This document shows, piece after piece, positions 7,704 through 15,910 of a stretch of DNA of 46,923 bases. Source of the stretch: Candidatus Nomurabacteria bacterium (GTDB taxonomy: Bacteria > Patescibacteriota > Minisyncoccia > Phycocordibacterales > UBA9973). How positions within the stretch are numbered: the stretch's first letter is position 1; each line of letters begins with the position of its first letter. The position numbers and the translations under genes are program-made. The DNA is taken from NCBI GenBank assembly GCA_943354525.1, contig CALRCI010000001.1, positions 1 to 46,923 on the forward strand, in the 5' to 3' direction. The notes beneath the pieces are model-generated. The model worked only from the letters and a program-made list of their open reading frames with translations, ran no database searches and was not told the DNA's origin.

Positions 7704-9446
7704 TTACACTCGCTCGCCGATCTGCTGGCGCCACATGGCGTAGTAGAGGCCTTTAGCCGCGAGAAGTTCGGCGTGCGGGCCGACTTCGGCGACGCTGCCT
7801 TTCTCGAGAACATAAATCCTATCAGCATGCATAATCGTCGAGAGCCGGTGCGCGATCAGAATCGTAATACGGTTCGCGCCTTCCGACACATCACGGATCG
7901 TCTTCGTGATTTCTTCTTCAGTAATTGAATCGAGAGATGATGTCGCTTCATCAAAAATCAAAATCGCTGGTTTGCGGAGCAGTGCGCGAGCGATCGAGAG
8001 ACGCTGTTTCTCGCCGCCGGAAACTTTCACACCGCCTTCGCCGATGAGCGTATCGATGCCCTTGTCGCCTCGCGCGAGTATGGACATGGCCGCACTTTTC
8101 TCGAGCGCGTCGAGACATTCCGCTTCGCTTGCTGTCGGATTTACAAAGAGCAGATTCTCGCGGATCGAGCCGGCGAAGAGCTGCGTATCCTGTGTTACAA
8201 ATCCGAATTGTGTGCGAAGCGTGTTCATATCGAGTTCACGGCCAGAGATATTGTTGTAATTCACCACGCCTTCTTTTGGTTCATACAAACCGACGAGCAG
8301 TTTGACCAGACTCGTCTTGCCTGCGCCGGACGGACCGACGAAGGCAATCGTCTCCCCTGCTTTGGCATCGAAGGAAATATTTTCAAGTGCCGGATTTTTT
8401 GCGCTCGCGTATTGGAATGAGACATTCTCGAATTCGAGTGACGTAATGTGCGCAATTTCTTTTGGTGACTCCGGCGCCGGTTCAATCGGCATTGCCATGA
8501 TTCCGTGGAAAAGTCCGAGCGCGACTTGGGCTTCGCGATAACTGTTGATTACATTGCCGAGCTCCTGCAGCGGACCGAAGACAAAGAACGAATAGAAATA
8601 GAGCGAGAAGAATTCGCCGAATGTCACGGTGCGGACAAACATGAGATAGAGCAGAAATGCGAGGATGAGCGTGCGCAGGAAGTTGATCATCGTTCCCTGC
8701 ACGAAACTGATGCTGCGGACATAGCGGAGCTTCTTCAATTCGAGTGCGAGAATCTTGTCAGTGGTCGCATTCAGGCGGTTGATTTCCTGTCCGACGAGAC
8801 CAAGGCTCTTCACGAGTTCGATGTTGCGGAGTGATTCCGTCGTCGAACCGGCAAGTGCGGTCGTCTCGGCGACGATGATTTTCTGAATGCGCTTCACTTT
8901 GTGCGTCAGGACATATGAGACTGTCCCGATCAGGGGGACGGTGAGTCCGAAGACCAGCGCCACGCCCCAATAAATGTGAAGGGCATAAATTGTCACAAAA
9001 ATAAATCCAATAAGCGAGACGAAGAAGAGATTGATGAACATCGTCATAAAGAGCTCGCTCGATGTGCGGACTTTCTGGAGCGTGCCGAGCGTTTCCCCGC
9101 TTCGTTGGTCTTCGAAGACCGCATATGGCAGCGCGAGTGAATGTTCGACGCCGTCATTGTAAATCTTCGCACCGACGCGCTGCGTGACAGTGTTCAGATA
9201 ATAATCCTGGAAATTTTTTGCCGTGCGAGAGACGAATGCCGCACCGACGGCGAGCGAGAGCAGGAATATCACGCCCCGCAGAAACTGTGCGAGCGTGTAC
9301 GTATCAAATTTCGTCGCATAGTCATCGATGACATGACGGAAGATAAGCGGATCGAGGAGCGAAAATGTCTGATTGATTGCTGCGAGGATGATGACGAGGA
9401 CGCAGAGCTTCCAGTATTTCCTTAAGTAGGAGAGGAGAATTTTCAT
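7704..9446 (-). CDS. ABC exporter, fused permease/ATPase (MsbA/multidrug type, 580 aa)
   Basis: Six-TM N-terminal domain. Walker A GPSGAGKTS, ABC signature VSGGEKQRL, Walker B ILIFDEATS. Confidence 0.95.
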   Translation of the reverse strand: MKILLSYLRKYWKLCVLVIILAAINQTFSLLDPLIFRHVIDDYATKFDTYTLAQFLRGVIFLLSLAVGAAFVSRTAKNFQDYYLNTVTQRVGAKIYNDGVEHSLALPYAVFEDQRSGETLGTLQKVRTSSELFMTMFINLFFVSLIGFIFVTIYALHIYWGVALVFGLTVPLIGTVSYVLTHKVKRIQKIIVAETTALAGSTTESLRNIELVKSLGLVGQEINRLNATTDKILALELKKLRYVRSISFVQGTMINFLRTLILAFLLYLMFVRTVTFGEFFSLYFYSFFVFGPLQELGNVINSYREAQVALGLFHGIMAMPIEPAPESPKEIAHITSLEFENVSFQYASAKNPALENISFDAKAGETIAFVGPSGAGKTSLVKLLVGLYEPKEGVVNYNNISGRELDMNTLRTQFGFVTQDTQLFAGSIRENLLFVNPTASEAECLDALEKSAAMSILARGDKGIDTLIGEGGVKVSGGEKQRLSIARALLRKPAILIFDEATSSLDSITEEEITKTIRDVSEGANRITILIAHRLSTIMHADRIYVLEKGSVAEVGPHAELLAAKGLYYAMWRQQIGERV

Positions 9447-9540
9447 GGGATAAAATTATTTGATAATAGTCATGATTATACAGTAAATCTTCCGAATCGG
9501 CTTGGCGGTGATACGCACCCATCGCATGACGGTATTCTGG

Positions 9541-9546
9541 TATACT
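9541..9546 (+). promoter_or_regulatory. -10 box TGGTATACT, 6 nt before ATG 9553
   Basis: tggTATACTgaaattATG. Confidence 0.6.
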
Positions 9547-9552
9547 GAAATT

Positions 9553-10431
9553 ATGCTTTCTCCCGCACAGAAGAAGGAACTCGGGCGCTGGAAGAATCTG
9601 GACTGGCCGGCAGTCTTTCCTGATGATCAGCTGAAAACACTCTCAAAAAAGAAGATCGTAATCATCGGCGGCTGCGGACGCAGCGGCACGACACTTCTGC
9701 GCGTCATGCTCGACAGCCATTCACAAATCGCCTGCGGACCGGAATCATTTCTCTTCCTGCCGACACCGATTGATCCGGAAAATCTCCATTTCAAATTCGG
9801 GATTCCGAAGAAAATAATCCTGAGTCTCGCCGCATCGGCTGATCGATGGATATTCATAGAAAAATTCCAAACCGCATATCTTTCCCGAACACATAAGAAA
9901 ATCTGGGCAGACAAAACATCGCGCAACGTGCATCGATTTGATGCCATCCTCGCACATTTTCCGAATGCGCGAATTATCCATATGATCCGCGATCCGCGCG
10001 ATACGGTCGCATCGCTCCGTACGCACCGCAAACGCCGCGTGGTCGCCGGACGGATTGTGAAAAATAACTGGATCATGCCCTATCCCGATTGCATCAATCG
10101 CTGGATCACATCAGTCAGTGATGGCATCAAATGGCGAAGCGACAGACGATATATTGAAATCAAATATGAGGACTTAGTACACGCGCCGGATGCAACATTG
10201 AAAAAAGTCTGCCAGCACATCGGCGTGCGGTTTGAACCGGCGATGCTGCAGTTTTATCTGAAAAAAGGAATTTCACGAGATCCGCTGCGATTCCCGCAGA
10301 ACGTCGAGGCGACCAAACCGCTCTCGGACACATCTGTCGGTCGGTGGAAACGCGATCTGCCGAGAGTAGAGGTTCATCGTGTCACGATACAAACAGCACG
10401 TCTCGCGCGGAAATTAGGATATCACCTCTAA
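9553..10431 (+). CDS. sulfotransferase family protein
   Basis: PAPS-binding 5'-PSB loop GGCGRSGTTLLRVML and 3'-PB motif IRDPRDTVASL. Start moved from the 9502 ORF start to ATG 9553, which sits 6 nt after TGGTATACT. Confidence 0.8.
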   Translation: MLSPAQKKELGRWKNLDWPAVFPDDQLKTLSKKKIVIIGGCGRSGTTLLRVMLDSHSQIACGPESFLFLPTPIDPENLHFKFGIPKKIILSLAASADRWIFIEKFQTAYLSRTHKKIWADKTSRNVHRFDAILAHFPNARIIHMIRDPRDTVASLRTHRKRRVVAGRIVKNNWIMPYPDCINRWITSVSDGIKWRSDRRYIEIKYEDLVHAPDATLKKVCQHIGVRFEPAMLQFYLKKGISRDPLRFPQNVEATKPLSDTSVGRWKRDLPRVEVHRVTIQTARLARKLGYHL

Positions 10432-10435
10432 CCAC

Positions 10436-11395
10436 ATGGAAGTACGCATATTCGACAAAAACCACATACAGGCAATCATCGGAGATGACATCGCTCTGGT
10501 AAAAGAAATCGTGCGCGGCGCACTGCAGCTTCATTATGAGAAGACGTATGTCCAGCCGGCGAAGCAATACGTCCGACGACCGGAAGAGCCGCATATCGCC
10601 GACCGCATCATCTCGATGCCGGTCGCCATCGGCGGCGCTGATCCGGTGTCAGGCATCAAATGGATCGGCAGCAAGCGCGCCAATACTGCAATCGGACTGC
10701 ATCGAGCAAGCGCCGTTATCGTACTCAATAATCCTGAGACAAACTATCCATGTGCCATTCTCGACGGATCGCTCATCAGCGCACTGCGAACCGTAGCAGT
10801 ATCGCTCATCGCCATCGATCGCCTCCGGCCGAATGCGACATCTGTGGCGATCATCGGCATGGGCCGCCTCGGCACACTGCATGCTGAACTGATTTCCAAG
10901 CACTACCCCGGCATACGGACAATCCAATGCTACAGCACGCGAGAAAATTTCGATGCCGTCCTGTCGCTCCGCGGTGTGAAAAAATCCGCGACGCTCGCCG
11001 CAGCAATCAACGGAGCAGAAATCGTGATTACCACGACGACTGCTGAGCATCCGTACATCGGGCTCGGTGACATCGGCGACGAAAAAATAATGATCAATCT
11101 ATCACTGATGGATTTTGGATTGGATGTCTATCAGAATTCTGACATTATCGTGGATGATCTGATGCAATGCAAAACAGCAAAAAAAGTATTCCGAGAGGGC
11201 GTAGATTCAGGGAAGATCGATCCGGCGCAAGTTTATGAATTATCAGATATTTTGTTCGGCACAGGTAAGACTCGCCAATTTTCAAAACGGATCATCGTCA
11301 ATCCGATCGGCATGGCGCTTGAAGACATTTGGATGGCATGGACGATTTATAAAAAACTGCAGAATGCCGGATTGCCGGAATTTGAGGTGGAGTAA
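10436..11395 (+). CDS. ornithine cyclodeaminase/mu-crystallin family NAD-dependent enzyme (SbnB-like)
   Basis: 319 aa. ...DRIISMPVAIGG...GIKWIGS...ASAVIVLNNPETNYPCAILDGSLISALRTVAVS... and Rossmann motif IIGMGRLG resemble OCD/SbnB-type proteins. Starts 4 nt after the sulfotransferase stop. Confidence 0.8.
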   Translation: MEVRIFDKNHIQAIIGDDIALVKEIVRGALQLHYEKTYVQPAKQYVRRPEEPHIADRIISMPVAIGGADPVSGIKWIGSKRANTAIGLHRASAVIVLNNPETNYPCAILDGSLISALRTVAVSLIAIDRLRPNATSVAIIGMGRLGTLHAELISKHYPGIRTIQCYSTRENFDAVLSLRGVKKSATLAAAINGAEIVITTTTAEHPYIGLGDIGDEKIMINLSLMDFGLDVYQNSDIIVDDLMQCKTAKKVFREGVDSGKIDPAQVYELSDILFGTGKTRQFSKRIIVNPIGMALEDIWMAWTIYKKLQNAGLPEFEVE

Positions 11396-11480
11396 TGCAC
11401 GGGGGGGGGATATGCTAGAAAACCTTTTGGAAATGTGCTATAACAGGTGAGCCGCAGCACAGCTGCGGCTCCGAATTGAT

Positions 11481-11556
11481 GGAGGCTATGGTGTAACGGT
11501 TAACACTAGAGTTTGTGGAACTCTCGATCTGGGTTCGATTCCCAGTAGCCTCCCCA
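11481..11556 (+). tRNA. tRNA-His (anticodon GTG) with genome-encoded G-1 and CCA
   Basis: Hand-folded cloverleaf: G(-1)+GAGGCTA acceptor, D arm GTGT/ACAC, anticodon arm AGAGT-TTGTGGA-ACTCT, T arm CTGGG-TTCGATT-CCCAG, TAGCCTC-C-CCA. Confidence 0.9.
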
Positions 11557-11598
11557 CATGAAAAAATCCCCGTTGAGGGATTTTTTCATGTGGGGAGG
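11549..11598. terminator. bidirectional 22-bp hairpin sharing 8 nt with the tRNA-His 3' end
   Basis: CCTCCCCACATGAAAAAATCCC-cgttga-GGGATTTTTTCATGTGGGGAGG. Ends 1 nt before the PCD stop codon. Confidence 0.85.
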
Positions 11599-11934
11599 CT
11601 AGGCTTTGACTGGCAATGCATCTATCTTTGCCGCGAGGATGAAATCATTCTCGGAAAGGCCTTTGATTGAATGTGTCGAGAGGTCGAGACGAACACGATT
11701 GTAGAAAATATGAATATCTGGATGATGCCCTTCACCTTCGGCGATGTCGGCGACATCGCGCACGAAATCTATGGCGGTGACAAAATCTTTGAATATGAAT
11801 TCTCGCGAAATAGATTTGTAATCTTCGGCAACACTCCATTTCGGCACTTCGCGCGCATACACATGCGCCGTCGCATCATCGAATGGTTCCACTCCCCCTT
11901 CACATGCCGTGCATTTTTTTGAGGTGAGATCCAT
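11599..11934 (-). CDS. pterin-4-alpha-carbinolamine dehydratase (PCD/DCoH family)
   Basis: 111 aa with the family motif GEGHHPDIHIFYNRVRLDLSTHS. Confidence 0.9.
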   Translation of the reverse strand: MDLTSKKCTACEGGVEPFDDATAHVYAREVPKWSVAEDYKSISREFIFKDFVTAIDFVRDVADIAEGEGHHPDIHIFYNRVRLDLSTHSIKGLSENDFILAAKIDALPVKA

Positions 11935-11937
11935 AGT

Positions 11938-12954
11938 TTAGTTCAGATATTCTTCACGATACATCGTGATTACCGTATAGAGAAACGTGATGATGAGCGG
12001 ACCGACGAGAATGCCGACCGGACCCATGAGGGAGAGCCCGCCGAGGACTGAGAAGAGAATCAGCATCGGATGGATATCGATGCGCTTGCCGACAATAACC
12101 GGACTGAGGAGATTGTCGATCGTACCGACCAAGACTGCCGCCCAGACGATGAGACCGATTGCAGCGCCAGTGTGTCCAGTCAGGAAGAGGTAGGCGATGG
12201 CCGGAATGGCGATGAGCGACGTGCCGAACGTCGGAACCAGAGATGCGATTGCGGCGAAAAGTCCCCAGAGCGCCGCACCGGGCACACCGAAAAGCGCGAG
12301 ACCGATGCCCATCAGAAGTCCTTGAATGAGACCGATCAGGAGGTAGCCTTTGACCACGCCATCGATGGCCATGCGAAGTTTGTCGATGATTCGGCGCATC
12401 TTCTCATCTGGCAACGGAGAAAATCGCACGAGAAGGCCTTTCCAAGCCTGCCCATCCTTCAGAAAGTAAAACACGGCGAGTATGATGAGCGAGAACGAGA
12501 CGAGTGCGGAAAGCGCCGAAGTAAATATAGCTGAGAGACTGCTGACAAAGCGCGATGAAAGTTCGGCGATGCGGTCTTCGATACCGGACGAGATGCCGAG
12601 AGGCAGATACTTGTCGATAGAACTATTGACTGTATCGATGATCCCGCCCGTTCCTTTTTCCGCGATAGACAGATAGAGCTGCTCTGATTGATGAAAGACG
12701 GCGAAGCTGATGGCGACGAGCGGACCAACGACAATGATGATAAAGACAATGACGGTGCAGAGTGATGAGAGCCACGATGTCCCCCAGGTGATGTGGGCAT
12801 TGAACCATCGATACATCGGATAGAGTACGACGGCCAGCGCGACTGAGAGAATGAGCACGTTGAGAAACGGCCAGAGCAGAAGCCCGGTCAGAATGAGGCC
12901 GAGAATCACGAGCGCGGTAAAAAATGTTTTATCTGAATGCTGGTCGATGGACAT
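11938..12954 (-). CDS. AI-2E family transporter (PerM/UPF0118)
   Basis: Polytopic membrane ORF with typical AI-2E topology and a C-terminal GPLI...Y region. Start set at ATG 12954 (MSIDQ...), 6 nt after TGTTACGAT. Confidence 0.8.
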   Translation of the reverse strand: MSIDQHSDKTFFTALVILGLILTGLLLWPFLNVLILSVALAVVLYPMYRWFNAHITWGTSWLSSLCTVIVFIIIVVGPLVAISFAVFHQSEQLYLSIAEKGTGGIIDTVNSSIDKYLPLGISSGIEDRIAELSSRFVSSLSAIFTSALSALVSFSLIILAVFYFLKDGQAWKGLLVRFSPLPDEKMRRIIDKLRMAIDGVVKGYLLIGLIQGLLMGIGLALFGVPGAALWGLFAAIASLVPTFGTSLIAIPAIAYLFLTGHTGAAIGLIVWAAVLVGTIDNLLSPVIVGKRIDIHPMLILFSVLGGLSLMGPVGILVGPLIITFLYTVITMYREEYLN

Positions 12955-12960
12955 GTACGT

Positions 12961-12966
12961 ATCGTA
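12961..12966 (-). promoter_or_regulatory. -10 box TGTTACGAT, 6 nt before ATG 12954
   Basis: Minus strand tgtTACGATacgtacATG. Confidence 0.55.
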
Positions 12967-12968
12967 AC

Positions 12969-13004
12969 ATAAAAATCGCACGAAGTAATTCGTGCGATTT
13001 TTAT
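12969..13004 (-). terminator. hairpin after tRNA-Leu, overlapping the AI-2E transporter promoter
   Basis: ATAAAAATCGCACGAA-gtaa-TTCGTGCGATTTTTAT. Confidence 0.75.
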
Positions 13005-13014
13005 CTCCTCAAAG

Positions 13015-13098
13015 TGCGCGGGAGAAGATTTGAACTTCCATACCCTTGCGGGCGCTACCACCTCAAGGTAGTGCGTCTACCAATTTCGCCACCCGCGC
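13015..13098 (-). tRNA. tRNA-Leu (anticodon GAG), long variable arm
   Basis: Reverse complement folds as GCGCGGG acceptor, anticodon arm CTACC-TTGAGGT-GGTAG, long variable arm, T arm GGAAG-TTCAAAT-CTTCT. No encoded CCA. Confidence 0.9.
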
Positions 13099-13167
13099 AT
13101 TTTTTCGTATAAGCTATCAAAATGCAAATACTCTGCCAGTATACTTATATTTCGACTTTTTTCAAGG

Positions 13168-13247
13168 TTGTCATACCGGTCTACGAACCGGTATCCAGGT
13201 CTGCATCAAACTCAAACCTGGATTCCGGATCAAGTCCGGAATGACAA
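13168..13247. repeat. 80-nt junction-less cloverleaf palindrome (REP-like) between rplS and tRNA-Leu
   Basis: Closing stem TTGTCAT/ATGACAA. Three abutting hairpins: ACCGGT-ctacga-ACCGGT, ATCCAGGT-15 nt-ACCTGGAT, TCCGGA-tcaagt-TCCGGA. No tRNA T-loop or D-loop signatures. Confidence 0.7.
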
Positions 13248-13298
13248 ATGCCAGACATTCGTCTGGCATTTGGAAATTAGATATTAGAACTTAGACAT

Positions 13299-13685
13299 TT
13301 ATTCTGCTGCTTTCTCTTCTGTCTCTTCTGGAGTTTCAGTATATTTCTTCATCTTGCGGCGGATATCTTTCACGGCCTTTTCGCGGACGTAGTAGAGTTT
13401 CGAACGGCGTGCGCGTGAACGCTTCACAATTTCGATCTTGTCGATCATCGGAGAGAACAATGGGAAGATACGCTCGACACCGACACCAGAAGTGACTTTG
13501 CGGATCGTGAATGTACCGCCAGCCTCTTTGCCGTGCTTGCGCGCGAGTACGAGACCTTCGAAGGCCTGCGTACGGAATTTGCCTTTATCTTCAATCTTGG
13601 ACCAGACACGGAGCGTGTCGCCTGAAGAAAAAACAAGCGCCTTGCGCTCTTCGATATTTACAGGGGTGAATTCTTTTACTGCCAT
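13299..13685 (-). CDS. rplS: 50S ribosomal protein L19
   Basis: 128 aa. ...FRTQAFEGLVLARKHGKEAGGTFTIRKVTSGVGVERIFPLFSPMIDKIEIV... is the L19 core. Confidence 0.95.
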   Translation of the reverse strand: MAVKEFTPVNIEERKALVFSSGDTLRVWSKIEDKGKFRTQAFEGLVLARKHGKEAGGTFTIRKVTSGVGVERIFPLFSPMIDKIEIVKRSRARRSKLYYVREKAVKDIRRKMKKYTETPEETEEKAAE

Positions 13686-13706
13686 AGTGAGGACACTTTA
13701 GCACAC

Positions 13707-14486
13707 CTACAGGGATTCTGCAATCCCTCGGGCCGCTTCGAAATCAGCCGGCAACGGCGCCTCAATCGTGATACGTTTACCTAACGGCGTCATGAGAGAA
13801 ATACTCTTGGCATGCAGTGCCTGACGCGTAAAGCCGAGCGCTTGTGCGCGATTCGGCGAATAGAGATTATCGGCGACGACGGGATGGTTGAGATGCTTCA
13901 TATGGACGCGGATCTGGTGCGTACGGCCGGTTTTCGGATGCGCTTCGATGAGTGCGAATGTGCCCTCTTCCGTACTTCCCTTCGCTTGATCCTCGCCGAG
14001 TCCGTAACGTGCAAGCACTTTGTATTCCGTGCGTGCATCACGCGTCTCGCCGCGTGTACCACGACCAGTCGCCCATCGGCGTACATCTCCGCGTGAGCGT
14101 CCGATCGACTCAGTAATTACTCCTTCCTCTTCTTTTGGCGTGCCATACACATACGCGAGATATGTTTTCAGAACGGCGCGATTCTGAAATTGCTCTTTTA
14201 AAAATTCATACGCTTTCTGATTCTTCGCTATGACGAGACAGCCCGAGGTGTCTTTGTCGAGACGATGCACGATGCCAGGACGCGGAATGACATGTGACAT
14301 TTGACCATTGACAATTGACATGGGCTCGCCGACGCCAGCGATTTCCGGACGCTCGCGCATGAGAATATCCACGAGTGTTTCATCGGTATTCTTCCCTGTC
14401 CCGTGGACGGCAAGTCCGGCAGGCTTATTAATGACCATGAGGTCGGCATCCTCATAGAGAATCATGTCTTTGGTTGAAAAATTCAT
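13707..14486 (-). CDS. RluA-family pseudouridine synthase (RluD-like, no S4 domain)
   Basis: Catalytic motif HRLDKDTSGCLVIAKN. Start set at ATG 14486 (MNFSTKD...) because the upstream 21 codons of the ORF are the translated tRNA-Val gene. Confidence 0.9.
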   Translation of the reverse strand: MNFSTKDMILYEDADLMVINKPAGLAVHGTGKNTDETLVDILMRERPEIAGVGEPMSIVNGQMSHVIPRPGIVHRLDKDTSGCLVIAKNQKAYEFLKEQFQNRAVLKTYLAYVYGTPKEEEGVITESIGRSRGDVRRWATGRGTRGETRDARTEYKVLARYGLGEDQAKGSTEEGTFALIEAHPKTGRTHQIRVHMKHLNHPVVADNLYSPNRAQALGFTRQALHAKSISLMTPLGKRITIEAPLPADFEAARGIAESL

Positions 14487-14491
14487 GTCTG

Positions 14492-14564
14492 TGCGCGATG
14501 CAGGACTCGAACCTGCGACCTTCTCAGTGTAAATGAGTTGCTCTACCAACTGAGCTAATCGCGC
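14492..14564 (-). tRNA. tRNA-Val (anticodon TAC)
   Basis: Reverse complement GCGCGAT-TA-GCTC-AGTTGGTA-GAGC... with anticodon loop TTTACAC, T arm GCAGG-TTCGAGT-CCTGC, ATCGCGC-A. Confidence 0.9.
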
Positions 14565-14672
14565 ATTTGTGGTAATACCCTCTCACACTAGCTTATTTGA
14601 GCCGTTTTTTCAAGGACGCCTCGCCTTGGAAAATAACGCTCTCCGCGGTACTATGCACTCGTAAGACATCTT

Positions 14673-14744
14673 GTCCCCGTAGTTAAATGGATATAACTGC
14701 GGACTTCTAAGCCGCTATTGTAGGTTCGATTCCTACCGGGGACA
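14673..14744 (+). tRNA. tRNA-Arg (anticodon TCT)
   Basis: GTCCCCG acceptor, D arm GTTA/TAAC, anticodon loop CTTCTAA (one A:G mismatch at the base of the stem), T arm GTAGG-TTCGATT-CCTAC, CGGGGAC-A. Confidence 0.85.
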
Positions 14745-14788
14745 CCCAAAGAGAAAACGCCAACTGCTTGGCGTTTTCTCTTTGGGTG
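14743..14788 (+). terminator. 21-bp hairpin after tRNA-Arg(TCT)
   Basis: CACCCAAAGAGAAAACGCCAA-ctgc-TTGGCGTTTTCTCTTTGGGTG. The left arm starts inside the tRNA. Confidence 0.8.
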
Positions 14789-14919
14789 TCGGGCGGAGCG
14801 ATGTCGAGCTAGCAAGCGAGACCGCGAGCCGGGCGATTAGTAAATCGTGCCGAGAGGCATTCAAGAAAAATTATGAGCGACGGCGAATAATTTATTCGTG
14901 ACCACATAAATCCTATTTA

Positions 14920-15519
14920 TTATTTCTTAAACACCGCCCGCATCACCCCGATAAACGTCGGCAGAAGCGAGATGAAGCTGATGACGAGGACGATCGGCAG
15001 AAGATAGGTATCGATATCCGGTACGTGCCGGCCGAGATAATATCCGAGAATCGGAACGGTAAGACTCCAGAGGATTCCGCCGACGATATTCCATTTGAGA
15101 AATGTCTTGTAGGGCATGTTGCCGACGCCGGCAATCATCGGCACGAGTGTGCGAATGATGGGAATAAATCGTGCGAGGATGAGCGAACGTGCACCGTGCG
15201 CGGCAAAAAATTTCTGCGCGTCTTCGGCATAGCGACGTTTGAAAAACCATGATTCGTCGCGCGTAAACAATTTCGGTCCGAGCGCATGCCCGATCTTGAA
15301 TCCGACACTGTCTCCTACGACTGCAGCAATCGCCACACCGACGATGAGCACTGGCAGAGAAATATATCCGGCCGCGGCAAAAATTCCTGCCGTGAAGAGT
15401 AGCGAATCTCCCGGCAAGATAATACCGACGAGAAGACCGCTCTCGGCAAAGATTGCCAGAAAGACGCCAAGGAGGCCGATGGTCTTGATCAAATGTTCAG
15501 GATTGAGAATTGTATCCAT
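14920..15519 (-). CDS. DedA family membrane protein
   Basis: Motifs GLLVGIILPGDSLLFTAG and RFIPIIRTLVPMIAGVGNMPYKTFLKWN. Start set at ATG 15519 (MDTILNP...), 1 nt after the upstream gene's stop. Confidence 0.85.
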   Translation of the reverse strand: MDTILNPEHLIKTIGLLGVFLAIFAESGLLVGIILPGDSLLFTAGIFAAAGYISLPVLIVGVAIAAVVGDSVGFKIGHALGPKLFTRDESWFFKRRYAEDAQKFFAAHGARSLILARFIPIIRTLVPMIAGVGNMPYKTFLKWNIVGGILWSLTVPILGYYLGRHVPDIDTYLLPIVLVISFISLLPTFIGVMRAVFKK

Positions 15520-15520
15520 A

Positions 15521-15898
15521 TCAGCGGACTTTAGAACCAGGAGTAACTGCAACTTCTGGAGTGAGAAATACTGGAGCGCCATCTGTGCCATCGACGGCCA
15601 TGAGCATGCCGCGGGATTCGATGCCACGAATCATGCGTGGTTCGAGATTGACGATGTAGAGCACTTGCTTGCCGATGAGACTCGCAAATTCGGGATGAAA
15701 TTCGCGGATGCCGGAGACAATCTGACGGAGTTCTCCGCCAGCTGGCGGACCACCAAAGTCCACCATGCATTTGAGCAACTTGTCAGTCCCATCCACCGGC
15801 TCGATCTCACGAATTGTGCCGACGCGGATGTCCATTTTCTTGAATTCGTCATAGGTAACGAATGCGGTTTTCTGTTCTGGTTGTGTAGATTCTTCCAT
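15521..15898 (-). CDS. tRNA-binding domain protein (CsaA/Trbp111/EMAP-like)
   Basis: ...MDIRVGTIREIEPVDGTDKLLKCMVDFGG...RQIVSGI...GKQVLYIVNLEPRMIRGIESRGMLMAV... is an OB-fold tRNA-binding domain. Start at ATG 15898, 6 nt after TATGAT, with TTGGAT 17 nt further upstream. Confidence 0.8.
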   Translation of the reverse strand: MEESTQPEQKTAFVTYDEFKKMDIRVGTIREIEPVDGTDKLLKCMVDFGGPPAGGELRQIVSGIREFHPEFASLIGKQVLYIVNLEPRMIRGIESRGMLMAVDGTDGAPVFLTPEVAVTPGSKVR

Positions 15899-15904
15899 AT
15901 GCTC

Positions 15905-15910
15905 ATCATA
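15905..15910 (-). promoter_or_regulatory. -10 box TATGAT, 6 nt before ATG 15898, with TTGGAT -35 at 17-nt spacing
   Basis: Minus strand TTGGATtttacctactcctcgcgTATGATgagcatATG. Confidence 0.6.

Noticed and set aside
11401-11409. G9 homopolymer after the OCD-family gene, and a C10 run at 31753-31762
   Set aside because: Both are intergenic and not within or directly upstream of a start codon, so there is no evidence for phase variation. The C10 run partly pairs with GGGG as an extension of the adjacent palindrome.
14790-14919. 130-nt non-coding stretch after the tRNA-Arg(TCT) terminator with faint similarity (GAGACCGCG...CGGG) to the family-1 core
   Set aside because: The similarity is limited to a few GC-rich nucleotides, there are no inverted arms, and I could not build a convincing alignment.
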